Virus record (IMG/VR): IMGVR_UViG_2541047043_000003
Coordinates: 1 to 64,000 of that record
DNA from: a virus
Taxonomy: Duplodnaviria; Caudoviricetes
Direction: 5' to 3' (one strand)
Length of the DNA stretch: 64,000 nt
Within the stretch, counting starts at the first letter, position 1, and each line of letters begins with the position of its first letter. The notes under the pieces are model-generated. The model did not search any database and had not been told where the DNA came from. It worked only from the letters and a program-made list of their open reading frames with translations. Made by a program: the position numbers and the translations under genes. Shown here one piece after another: positions 10,350 to 20,117 of this stretch.

Positions 10350-10952
10350 ATGCCGCCCAAAAAGAAAAAAACCATCAAGAAAACGGACAAAGAAAAGGAG
10401 GTAAAAAAGAAAGATTCCAAATCCATTTCGTTAAAAGAAATAGAAAAAATCAGAATGGATTTCGTTCAAGGAACCAAAAGAAGACTGATATGTAACAAAT
10501 ACAAAATCGACTACAAAACGTTAGACAACCTTATACTAAGAAATTCATGGAAAAATGAACGTGAGGAAATTCGAGGAAAAGTGAGGAAAAAAATGGACTT
10601 TAAAATCCTCACAAATTCGACTAATTTGCTCTCTAGAATGAATACGGAGGCTACTCTGTACTTAAATCTATTCAAAGAAAAGATCTTAGATCCAAATACA
10701 ACGAACCTAGAACTATCCGTTTTAATCAAAGCAAGAAATATACTCGTCAAGGAACTTCTCCGATCCCTCGGACTCACAGATACTATACACCAAAACTCTT
10801 CTTTAGAAGAAGTGGAAAGCCAGGTGACGATTCAGATCGTAACGGGGGTGGGAGAAAAACCCGGAAGCGTAGAAAAGTTAATCGGCGGGCGCGTGATGGG
10901 TGGGGAAAAAGAAACTACTAACAAGAAATATATCCAAACCGAAAATTCTTGA
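10350..10952 (+). CDS. Probable terminase small subunit
   Basis: N-terminal HTH-like segment (ICNKYKIDYKTL...W); immediately upstream of and overlapping terL. Confidence 0.55.
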   Translation: MPPKKKKTIKKTDKEKEVKKKDSKSISLKEIEKIRMDFVQGTKRRLICNKYKIDYKTLDNLILRNSWKNEREEIRGKVRKKMDFKILTNSTNLLSRMNTEATLYLNLFKEKILDPNTTNLELSVLIKARNILVKELLRSLGLTDTIHQNSSLEEVESQVTIQIVTGVGEKPGSVEKLIGGRVMGGEKETTNKKYIQTENS

Positions 10953-12339
10953 AGTATCTCGTAGTAATTTATTTTCAAAAAAACAATCCCAAGCCCTTGA
11001 CGAAGACTGGTCAAGTCATGAGGTAACGGAGATATGTTACGACGGAGGAGCGCGTAGCGGAAAAACCTACCTTGTCATAAAAGCGATCATATCGCGCGCT
11101 TGGATATCCCCCGAGTCCCGTCACCTAATCGCACGTTACAGACTCAATCATTTACGAATGTCGGTATGGAAACAAACCTTGCTTCCATGCCTAAAGCAGA
11201 TGGGTTTTGTAAAAAACCGAGATTATACGATCAACGAGTCCGATCACGTAATCAGTTTTTCAAACGGATCTGAAATCTACGGAGCTGGACTAGACGATTC
11301 AGACCGAGTAGAAAAGATCATGGGGACCGAGTTCAACACCATCTTTATCAACGAAGCGACCCAAATATCATACGCAACATTCCAAAAAATTAAATCAAGA
11401 ATTTCGTATGTGAGACCAGAACTCACAAACAAGTTTCTTGTGGATTGTAACCCAAGAAACCGATTTCACTGGATCTATAAATATTTTGTATTAAGACAAG
11501 ACCCCGAAACCGGAAAAGCTTTACCACACCACAGACTAAAACGAATGACAAGGCGTCACTGGACACCGCTCGACAATCCGTATATAACGGATGAGTATAA
11601 ACAGATCCTGGGCGAACTTACCGGGGTAGAGCGCGAAAGATTGTATCTCGGACAGTGGGTAGACGTGGAGGGACTTGTATATCCGAATTACGAACAAGCA
11701 ATCGTAGAACCGTTTGAAATCCCAAAAACTTGGGACTGTGCGGGAGCCGTTGACTTCGGATACACAAATCCGTTCGTATTTCTTTGGCTCTACTATGACA
11801 AATCGAATGAAACTTGGTATTTAGCGGATGAACACTACGAGACTTCAAAAACGGTAAGGGCGCACTGTGAAATCCTAAAAACAAAACGAAAACCGAATTT
11901 GTATATCGTAGCCGACCATGACGCGGAGGACAGGGCGACGATGGCGGAGTGCGGGTATTTAACGCTTGCGGCTGATAAGGACGTCACAACCGGGATACAA
12001 GCATTGTTCGAACTCCTTTCGGGAAAAAAAGGAGTTAAGTTGAAGATATTTAGAACGTGTGTCCATACGATAGAAGAGTTTTCGATCTATTCCTGGGAAG
12101 AACCAAAAGACGGCAAAAACGCAAAAGAGAATCCGATTAAAAACCACGACCACGCGATGGATGCGTTACGGTATATCGCGCTTAAAATTGTGGGAAGGAA
12201 AAATAGAATCGTAACCTCGAATTTAGAAAGCGTAAGAACTGCAATCGAGGCAAAAAAAGTTACGGGCGTGGAAGAGATACGAATGCAAAGGCTCAAAAGT
12301 TTTGGAATCGATCCGAATTCGTTTACGTATAGAAAATAA
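10900..12339 (+). CDS. terL: Terminase large subunit (PBSX/Terminase_3-like)
   Basis: GGARSGKT Walker A, FINEA Walker B, CNP, DFGYTNP, DHAMDALRY. Confidence 0.93.
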   Translation: MGKKKLLTRNISKPKILEVSRSNLFSKKQSQALDEDWSSHEVTEICYDGGARSGKTYLVIKAIISRAWISPESRHLIARYRLNHLRMSVWKQTLLPCLKQMGFVKNRDYTINESDHVISFSNGSEIYGAGLDDSDRVEKIMGTEFNTIFINEATQISYATFQKIKSRISYVRPELTNKFLVDCNPRNRFHWIYKYFVLRQDPETGKALPHHRLKRMTRRHWTPLDNPYITDEYKQILGELTGVERERLYLGQWVDVEGLVYPNYEQAIVEPFEIPKTWDCAGAVDFGYTNPFVFLWLYYDKSNETWYLADEHYETSKTVRAHCEILKTKRKPNLYIVADHDAEDRATMAECGYLTLAADKDVTTGIQALFELLSGKKGVKLKIFRTCVHTIEEFSIYSWEEPKDGKNAKENPIKNHDHAMDALRYIALKIVGRKNRIVTSNLESVRTAIEAKKVTGVEEIRMQRLKSFGIDPNSFTYRK

Positions 12340-12360
12340 AAAGGGGGCAAGGCGTTTTTT

Positions 12361-12386
12361 CCGATAGAACAAAAATATCGTATAAT
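12361..12386 (+). promoter_or_regulatory. CCGAT-N15-TATAAT promoter (type example of the repeated motif)
   Basis: Perfect -10 hexamer at fixed spacing from CCGAT; motif recurs before many virion genes. Confidence 0.6.
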
Positions 12387-12425
12387 AGGATTAAAAAGAT
12401 TTGGGATGAAAGGAAAAAAATTAAA

Positions 12426-12785
12426 GTGCAAGAAGAAGAAACGGACCTAATCAGAGAAATATTAAGCCTAGATGAAAAACAAAAACAAACACTCTACGAC
12501 AGTCTACATTCATCGGTGATAAACAACCAAACTCGGGATACGGTATTACATTTAATTTTTACAAAGGCCATAAGACTACTTAGGGAAACGGGAAAAATTA
12601 GAACGGAGGAAACAAACGATACCGAGTTTGCCAAAAGAATCGGAAGACTATCTTCAAGAGATAGACAAATCCTATTTGACAGTGTGTGTTCCTCGGTAAC
12701 AAACCAAAACGACAAAGAAACGGTACTCCATATCCTATTTTGGAAGGCGTCCAAACTACTAAAAGAGAAAAGGGAAGAAAATTGA
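12426..12785 (+). CDS. Hypothetical protein made of two ~50-aa internal repeats
   Basis: LYDSLHSSV..NQ..DTVLHLIF.KA.RLL vs LFDSVCSSV.NQ..ETVLHILF.KA.KLL. Confidence 0.65.
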   Translation: MQEEETDLIREILSLDEKQKQTLYDSLHSSVINNQTRDTVLHLIFTKAIRLLRETGKIRTEETNDTEFAKRIGRLSSRDRQILFDSVCSSVTNQNDKETVLHILFWKASKLLKEKREEN

Positions 12786-14317
12786 AACGGGAATCCCCGC
12801 TATCGGAATACAGGGTAGTTCGCGAACTCTCCTACGCTTGGAGCTACTATTTACTATCCCTACAATTTGAATTACTCGGAAAACCGAATCAAATATACGA
12901 TATAAAAATTCAAAAATCACTTTGGTCCGACGTGATGGGAGTTTTAAGACGGAGGTATTTTGGAGAACTTCTCGTAAGGCGAACCTATTTACCGAGAACA
13001 CTTTTGGTAACTCCCGATCCTACAAAAGACTATTCGTATCTTACAAAAAAAACGAATCGGCTTGAATTTCCGGAAGGTGTCATAAACCGAGAAGACTTAG
13101 AAGAAGTTGACCGGGAGATATTTGATTTTTTAGCGCAAAACTGGAACCGGGTATACCTGAAAGAAAGAAACAAAGCGTCCATTCTCGGATACATTGCAGA
13201 GTATTTAATCGGTGAAGGGGAAGACGCGAGTGACTTAAAAGAAATGACTATCCCTGAATTTTCAGAAGTTGCAACCACCCACAATTTACCGGGACTTGAG
13301 GATATAGAAGTACTCGAAGAGGAGTTAGGACTCACAAAAGAACAAACCTATGGACTACTCTATGCACAGGCGCGCGGAGCAGAGTGGCTTGCGGTATACG
13401 ACGAGAACGGAGAAAGAAAAGGTAAGGCGCATGAATTAATCACAAAAATGTATAGGGAACAAATCGCGGCGGCGATCGCAAATAACGCGGGGTTAGAAGA
13501 GATACAGAGTTTAATGATATCACCAGACGATACTAAAATACAAGAGGCCCTCGGGTTATTTGAAGAAGGAATCAGCGCGGAAGAAAGAGGAGAAAGAGAA
13601 AAAGAGTATGAAGAACTCGTCATAAGACATTTAAACCGGGATATGAGAAGATTTGCATATACGGAAGTCTCAATCAATTTTAATAACGGCAAATTACTCT
13701 ATCTCGCAAACGAAAAACAAACTCCAACGTATGTAAGGTTTGGCGGAGGAAATTACTAACCCAACTTGCAAGAGACGAATAAAGCACCTGTATCTTGCGA
13801 CAAATGCCTTGAATTTTTAGGACAAGTCGCCCGCGTATTTCCTTCCGAAGAACACTTAAAAGACCCTCAGTATATGCAAAACCTGGGACTAAAATACTTA
13901 GGTGAAGACAAGTTTAGCGGTGATTCGATCACAGAAATCGCGGTATGGCCCGCAAAAAGTAACGGAAATTTAAAATATTCTAAATATAGACTCTGTTGTC
14001 CGGTTCATCCGAATTGTTCCCACGAATACGAATATATAGACATTGAAAAAGAAGAGAAAGAGGACGACGACGAAATCGGTGAAATATTTCGGGAGGGAAG
14101 GTTAAGGGATGCAAAGGCAAGGCTTCGAACCGATTACATATATGAGCAAAACGCGGAGGCCAACGAGGAATGGATACAGTTAGAAAGAATGTATGGTCCG
14201 ATAAAAAAATCCGGAGTATTTAGAGTAGGGGTCTGGGAGGAACCTACGTGTAGCGAAGATTCAAATAAAGAATCTTGGCTCATAAAATACATCGATTGGA
14301 AACTAAAAACAATTTAA
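12782..14317 (+). pseudogene. MuF/gp7-like head morphogenesis gene interrupted by an in-frame TAA at 13757-13759
   Basis: First part ends RRFAYTEV..NFNNG; second part (same frame) has CDKC and PVHPNCSH, the two halves of the MuF signature. Confidence 0.6.
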
Positions 14318-14541
14318 CCGGAAAAATAACCCGTTACATCCCTTGGAACCGAACCTTAAACAAAGGAGGCTACGGATTTGTAGAATCGAACGGAAAAGAA
14401 TATTTTTTTAACGCGAAATATTCGAGTATCAAAGACGAAGAGATTATTCACGGCCTACCGGTCACATTTGAACTGAGGCGCGGGTACGACAAAAAACGAT
14501 TTGAGTATGTGACCCAGGCGACTCGGGTCAAAAGACTTTGA
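14275..14541 (+). CDS. Cold-shock-domain (OB-fold) protein
   Basis: GKI...GGYGFVE..GKEYFF RNP1/RNP2-like motifs. Confidence 0.7.
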   Translation: MAHKIHRLETKNNLTGKITRYIPWNRTLNKGGYGFVESNGKEYFFNAKYSSIKDEEIIHGLPVTFELRRGYDKKRFEYVTQATRVKRL

Positions 14542-15650
14542 AAAAAAGCGGTAGAGGGGGAAACACCCCCTTTTCGATCACAACCAAACCGAACGTACTC
14601 ACTCCTCTAACCAATGAGGAAATGATTGAAAGGCGGGGGGAATCTTGTCTTTGGTACAGACTAACCCCCTGCCCCTGTCCGGGGGAGGAGAGAGTTCCCG
14701 ATTGTAAATATTGTTTTGAAGGAATGATTCGGACTTTCCAAGAGGAACTAGAAATAACCGAGGAACTGAGTTGGAAGATAGAGGGAAATAAAATATATAC
14801 CCGGTATGCGCCCATAACGGAAGTAAAAAATGCGGTACTCATCTCAAGAGAAACACAAAAAAAACTGAATGTAAAAAGGATATGTGATGAGTACATCGAA
14901 GTCGAAGAGACATTAAAATATTGGAATAGCGTACTGCTACATTACAAAGTATCGATGCTCGAAGAGATTTGTGTAGAGGGATACGGAGAAAACGAATACG
15001 TCCTATTTCCAAAAATACCGTTAGGCGCAATCGTCGGAGTAAAAGAAGTTTTTAAAATAGAGGAAGGCAAAGAACCGGAACTCATAGAACACTCAAGCTT
15101 TACACTCAATTCGGTGGTATTTCCAAAAAGGGTCAATGGACTCTACAGATTAAAAATCCTTTTTTTCAATCCGGTAAAAGTCGGATACAAAACGTATCGA
15201 GTGGATACCGATGCACGCAGGATTTTTGATAGAAGTCAGATTACTTTCCAAGAGGGCGAAATAATGGCCGTAATCGGAGCCGGATACAATGTCGGACAAG
15301 GGGACATTATCACGCTACTTTCCTCAACGCTTAGGTTTAGCGAATACGTCCCTTGGCAATCGTCAAGCAATGACATACTCTCCTATTCTCCCATAACCCG
15401 CGTAGAAAAAATACTTACGAAAGAAAAAACGGGACTAAAAACCCACGAATTAGGAAAGGACTTTGTAATATTCGGAGATTCCAAAATCAAATGGATCACC
15501 GATAAACCGAAAAACGGATATAGTGTAATTTATGACTATCACCCGAGCTTTCGAATCTCCGGCTTTATCGAAGGCGGAAGCGGGGAAGACAGGGAAAAGC
15601 CGAAAATATTTAAACTAAAACCGATATCGAATTTAAACACACGTACTTAA
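14538..15650 (+). CDS. Virion structural protein (neck/head-completion-like)
   Basis: CPC..C..C..G motif seen in myovirus neck proteins; late-gene context. Confidence 0.5.
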   Translation: MKKSGRGGNTPFSITTKPNVLTPLTNEEMIERRGESCLWYRLTPCPCPGEERVPDCKYCFEGMIRTFQEELEITEELSWKIEGNKIYTRYAPITEVKNAVLISRETQKKLNVKRICDEYIEVEETLKYWNSVLLHYKVSMLEEICVEGYGENEYVLFPKIPLGAIVGVKEVFKIEEGKEPELIEHSSFTLNSVVFPKRVNGLYRLKILFFNPVKVGYKTYRVDTDARRIFDRSQITFQEGEIMAVIGAGYNVGQGDIITLLSSTLRFSEYVPWQSSSNDILSYSPITRVEKILTKEKTGLKTHELGKDFVIFGDSKIKWITDKPKNGYSVIYDYHPSFRISGFIEGGSGEDREKPKIFKLKPISNLNTRT

Positions 15651-15667
15651 AAGTAAGGAAAAAACAA

Positions 15668-16129
15668 ATGGAACTAAAACTAAAAGCGGATTGGAAGTTT
15701 AAAACCTTTAAAGAAAAAACGCACACTTTCTTGAAAATGAAAAATCAAGAATCCAAATTCATAGAAACCCTAAAATTAAACGCACTCTTTCCAATGTATC
15801 TAATCGGGATGATGAAACTTGCCTGGAGTATCTGGAGACACAAAATCAAATTTAGAACCGAAGTGCCGGGACAGTTGATGATTCTACACTACAACCAAAA
15901 AGAAATTAAGGATCTAAGCGGTGTATTAAAAAGAATTGAGGAGAGAGTCGTAAAACCCTTTCGTTTGTTACACAAAGTAAATCCTATAGTCCTTCTATTG
16001 CCGTTTGGAATCTCGTTTCAAGCGGGAAGTTTTAAAGGGTTTGTAAAATCACTGGACTCAGGCCAATTACAAGCCCTAAAAAAAGAGCTCTATGAAATAA
16101 AGATCCTAACCCCCGCAAATAACGAATAA
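15668..16129 (+). CDS. Hypothetical phage protein
   Basis: AAGGA RBS, 153-aa ORF. Confidence 0.6.
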   Translation: MELKLKADWKFKTFKEKTHTFLKMKNQESKFIETLKLNALFPMYLIGMMKLAWSIWRHKIKFRTEVPGQLMILHYNQKEIKDLSGVLKRIEERVVKPFRLLHKVNPIVLLLPFGISFQAGSFKGFVKSLDSGQLQALKKELYEIKILTPANNE

Positions 16130-16134
16130 GAGAC

Positions 16135-18339
16135 TTGGAAGAATTAGAAAAAGAAGATATCACTTCCGAACTCGCAGAAATAATCTTAGATAAAATTCAC
16201 CTGGCAATGACGAAAGAAAATCCGTCTTGGCAGGAAATGGCGATGAGTGATGGGCCGGACTCACACGAAGAAGAACTAAACTCACTATTAAAAGAAGGGT
16301 TTTTAAAGGTACTAAAACATTCCTCTAAAACTTTGTCGGAAGGGGCCTGTATCCAACTGTCAAAAGAATTTAAAACACTCAAAGCCTCCTATCTTTCAAA
16401 CTATCTAAAAGAAAAATCAAAAGCAGTCCAAACCCCAGAACAAAAAGAAGAAATTCAAAAATCAAAGCTACTACCCGGACAAAAAAGGCAGGGCAACTAC
16501 AAAAAAACGTATCTCCAAGGGATTGAAATCAGAATCGAAAATAAAAAGGGGACATATAGAGAAGGAACCGACTCCCACGGAAAAAAATGGAGAAACAAAA
16601 TCCATAACGACTATGGATACATAAAAAAAACAGACGGCGACCATGTAGACGTATTTGTCGGACCCGACAAAGAATCAAGGGTCGTATTCGTAATCAATCA
16701 GAAAGACAAGGAGGGAAATTTCGACGAACACAAGGTAATGCTTGGGTTTCACGACGAAAAATCGGCCAGAAACGGATATATAAAAAACTATCCGAAAAAT
16801 TGGAAGGGGTTCGGTAGTATCGTCAAATTAACCGTAGGAGAGTTTAAGGAGTGGTTAAAAACCGAAAACACCAAAAAAGAATTAAAAAATCCTAAAATAG
16901 AATTTTTAAAATCAAAACTCTCTCATTTAAGAAGCACACTAAAAAACATAAACACTCCACAAAACAAACTCTTTCAAAAAGAAGAGTATGGAGAAATGGA
17001 GGAAGAGTCCGTCTACAAAAGTCTTCTTTTAGAAGTAAAAAAATCCACGCATCTAATCTCAAACCTACAAAAAGCGGATGTAGGCAGGCCGCCCGATTTA
17101 ATCGGAACCGAAGAAGAATGGAATGACGGGCGGATGCATAAAAAAACGGAAAGCGGTTGGATTACACTCCCAAAAAAGAGAGAGAAAAGAACACCCGAAG
17201 AAACAAAAATTAAAAAACACCCGAAAAAGAAAATAGAAGAAAAACCAAAAAAAGGAAATACTCATCCGACAAAACTTCCCTTTTCACAAATAAGAGTCAT
17301 CGAACAATATACGGCAAAAAAAGACTACGATCGCAATCAAATCGAAACTTTAAAAATTAAAATAAAAAAAAATGGATACGATCCGAGCTTTCCTTTGTCG
17401 GTCGATTTAAAAGAAGGAAAGTGGACCGTTGTTGCCGGTCACCACAGATACGAAGCGGTGCGTGAGCTAATCGAAGAAGGGCATTTGTCGCAAAATATCG
17501 AAATACCGGTAGTCGAAAAAAATTTCGCGTCTAAAAACGATCGGCTGGTTGCACAAATTTCAGAAAATCACAGACGAAACGTACTCGCAACCGACGAAGC
17601 CAAAGCCTACGGGGAAATGGTAAAAAACGGATGGGACGTAAAAAAAATCTCGGAAGAACTAGGAATCAAAGTCGGGGAAGTAAATAAAAGGTTAGCACTC
17701 AATAATTTATCACCTGAGTTATTTGCACTCGTACACAAAAAAGACAGATCTTTGCCTCTTGGAATTGCAGAGGTGATAGGGATGAACGCAAAAGATGCAA
17801 ACGACAAACCCTCTCACACAATGCAAATCAGAGCGTTTAAGTGGTACGCTGAAAATAGGTCCAAATACGGAAGTAGGGGTGCAAGCGTACTCCAAAACTA
17901 TATCAAAGAATTACAAAGTGGAGAATTAGAAAATTTTGATTTTGATTACGTAGCGACGGATATACAAAAAGAGGCACTAAAGAACGTTTCCAAAGAGAAA
18001 GCGTCCGCAAATAAAAAGATGCTTGAGGTCATGCTCGACGGATTAACCAAAAGCATACAAAGGCCGCTTGGCGACAATATCACTTCCCTAAATCCACAGG
18101 TTGTAAAGGAGCTAGCGGCCTCACTCGCACTTAGCGCGGACAAAGGCGTGGAATCGTCTTCTGTACTCGGAAGACTTGGAGTCATAATCCAGGATTTGAC
18201 TTTAATAAAGAATTCGATTCAAAGTAAATTGAAAGAGATCGAAAACGAATCGAGTACACCTCTACTATTTGCAAAAGGTTTTTTACAAAAAATTAAAAAA
18301 ACCCTAGAACTTTCAAAAGGAAAGAAAGTGGAAATCTAA
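16135..18339 (+). CDS. Polyvalent protein: inorganic-pyrophosphatase-like (InPase) domain plus ParB domain
   Basis: GNYKK..IRIENKKG..R.G.D..GK.W...YGYI..TDGDHVDVFVG...FDEHKVMLGF; later VVAGHHRYEA...SENHRR. Confidence 0.8.
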   Translation: MEELEKEDITSELAEIILDKIHLAMTKENPSWQEMAMSDGPDSHEEELNSLLKEGFLKVLKHSSKTLSEGACIQLSKEFKTLKASYLSNYLKEKSKAVQTPEQKEEIQKSKLLPGQKRQGNYKKTYLQGIEIRIENKKGTYREGTDSHGKKWRNKIHNDYGYIKKTDGDHVDVFVGPDKESRVVFVINQKDKEGNFDEHKVMLGFHDEKSARNGYIKNYPKNWKGFGSIVKLTVGEFKEWLKTENTKKELKNPKIEFLKSKLSHLRSTLKNINTPQNKLFQKEEYGEMEEESVYKSLLLEVKKSTHLISNLQKADVGRPPDLIGTEEEWNDGRMHKKTESGWITLPKKREKRTPEETKIKKHPKKKIEEKPKKGNTHPTKLPFSQIRVIEQYTAKKDYDRNQIETLKIKIKKNGYDPSFPLSVDLKEGKWTVVAGHHRYEAVRELIEEGHLSQNIEIPVVEKNFASKNDRLVAQISENHRRNVLATDEAKAYGEMVKNGWDVKKISEELGIKVGEVNKRLALNNLSPELFALVHKKDRSLPLGIAEVIGMNAKDANDKPSHTMQIRAFKWYAENRSKYGSRGASVLQNYIKELQSGELENFDFDYVATDIQKEALKNVSKEKASANKKMLEVMLDGLTKSIQRPLGDNITSLNPQVVKELAASLALSADKGVESSSVLGRLGVIIQDLTLIKNSIQSKLKEIENESSTPLLFAKGFLQKIKKTLELSKGKKVEI

Positions 18340-18389
18340 CTTTCCCGATACTTCCAAAAACAAGTAAAAGGAAAAAAGAGTAATTTTTT

Positions 18390-18611
18390 TTGAGTAAATC
18401 TTTCAGACATCATCCGGAAGTGCTTCGAAATAGAGCCTTACTTACGGAAGGGTTGTATTTTCAAAAACTTACACACTCCGTATTTGATGAAATATGGCAA
18501 AATATAGATAGGACGTTTGTAGACCGAGACAGGCTTTTGGAATTTGTAATCAAAGAGGATTTACTCGGGGACTATGAGAAGTTTTTACAGCAAAAAGAGA
18601 ACGAAACTTAA
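18390..18611 (+). CDS. Small hypothetical protein
   Basis: 73-aa ORF downstream of a CCGAT motif at 18345. Confidence 0.5.
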   Translation: MSKSFRHHPEVLRNRALLTEGLYFQKLTHSVFDEIWQNIDRTFVDRDRLLEFVIKEDLLGDYEKFLQQKENET

Positions 18612-19149
18612 AAGTCTTTTAAAAAAAGAACGAAGTTTTGGAAAGGGGTTCTCGAATTGATTAAAAAGTCGGAACACATAAAAAACCGTTCGTTTTCGTT
18701 TTTACTACGAACCCAGAGAGTAAGATCCTCTAAAACTACGGACCGATTGTAATTTAAGTTATGCTCGTTTTTAAAGCCGTACGTTTTACTGAGTCCGATC
18801 AAAACTAGAAACCGACCTTTAAAAAGTCCTTTTTGGATATCTTTTAAATCGTGGATATCGCTAGAGTCCGGAAACCCGAAGGGGATCAAATTAATTTTAG
18901 GACCGATTGAAAATTTAGATTCCGAATTTAACGCATAAATAAAAGTATCCACAACGTTTCTAAAACCTTAATATTCTATTTTGGGATTTCTGTAAATAAA
19001 AAGAACGAATTCAAGGCCCGAAAACAGCAAGACTTAGTGAATAAAAAAACAGTCCCGATTTCTTTTTTCCAATTTTAAAAAAAAGAGAAAAAAACTCGGA
19101 AAATGGGTCACGAAAAATGACGTTAAACCTTTTAAAATTTGAAGATCTA

Positions 19150-19485
19150 TTATTTAGAGAATTCTTCCGCCAAAGATCTCGACATATCCGCATAAGAGGA
19201 GACTGACTTGGAAACAAGGTCTAAGATTTCTTCCTGATTGTCGTTTGTATGGAAAAGGGTAAGCCCTTGCGTTGACATTTGGTGAAAAAGAAGGTCTTTG
19301 TTAGAAGTGGGGTATTTTTTAAAAAGTTCGTTTGCGCGAAAAAGAAGTCCCCGCACAAAGTTGTAGGCGTCACTGGCCGCCTCGCTTTCCGATCGTCCTT
19401 TGTTTCTTGCAATTTGGCTAAGTTGACCGATCTGTTGAAAAATTAAATCTTGATTCATTGTTTTTGTACCTCCGCAACAACTCAT
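19150..19485 (-). CDS. Hypothetical helical protein
   Basis: 111-aa ORF with protein-like composition. Confidence 0.65.
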   Translation of the reverse strand: MSCCGGTKTMNQDLIFQQIGQLSQIARNKGRSESEAASDAYNFVRGLLFRANELFKKYPTSNKDLLFHQMSTQGLTLFHTNDNQEEILDLVSKSVSSYADMSRSLAEEFSK

Positions 19486-19664
19486 ATACTAATCTACCAC
19501 CTAAAAATCGGACAAGACTCTGATTTTAATTTTGTTTTGAGACGCACAAAACAACCACACACGCTACACTGCTCCGACAAAAACCCCTTTAAAATTAAAG
19601 GACAGGACAAACAAGTCTCCAAACGTTTTTTAGAAAAATCACTTTCCTTTTTAATCATACTTTT

Positions 19665-20111
19665 TTAACTCCAATACCTACCGTGAACGAGGTAAGTCGT
19701 GACCGGTTTCCACTGAAAAAATTCATAACGAAAAACTCTGTAACGAGTATACCAGTCCGGAATATAACAAGAGTTGCATGTGTGAATACAACACGTAGTG
19801 GTGCAACACCAAACAAAGGTGGTGCCACCCACCCAGCAAAGATTAATACTGACACTTCTGGAATAGCCGCCGGGACAAGGAAGACAATCAAACCAAGGCC
19901 CTTTTTGAAAACAGGAATCGCTACCACCGCATTGATTGCAGTCCGTAACCGAATAACCGTAATCAAGATGAGCGTCCACAACGTACCAAGTGTCTCCGAT
20001 AGTGTAAGAGCCTTTTGGAAAAACGTCGTAACGATTCGAACCTAAATTCCCCACCCAATGGCCGCTTGCTCCGCTTACCGGAGAAGAAGGCCCACTCGGC
20101 GGGGTTATGCG
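19665..20111 (-). CDS. Cys-rich (12 Cys) domain, probably expressed as a -1 frameshift extension of the upstream gene
   Basis: Frame open from the slippery site at 20111-20117; P/S/G-rich linker RITPPSGPSSPVSGASG; its GTG is buried in the hairpin. Confidence 0.7.
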   Translation of the reverse strand, partial: RITPPSGPSSPVSGASGHWVGNLGSNRYDVFPKGSYTIGDTWYVVDAHLDYGYSVTDCNQCGGSDSCFQKGPWFDCLPCPGGYSRSVSINLCWVGGTTFVWCCTTTCCIHTCNSCYIPDWYTRYRVFRYEFFQWKPVTTYLVHGRYWS

Positions 20112-20117
20112 AAAGGG
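20049..20117 (-). other. -1 programmed ribosomal frameshift signal
   Basis: C CCT TTC heptamer (20117-20111), 6-nt spacer, long stem-loop 20104-20049. Confidence 0.75.

Noticed and set aside
10896-10952. Frameshift fusion of small and large terminase
   Set aside because: TerL is in the +1 frame with its own GTG; no slippery heptamer in register and no stimulatory structure.
19655-20045. Alternative ORFs 19683-20045 (+) and 19655-19981 (-)
   Set aside because: Shadow frames of the Cys-rich domain, with no expression signals or recognisable motifs.
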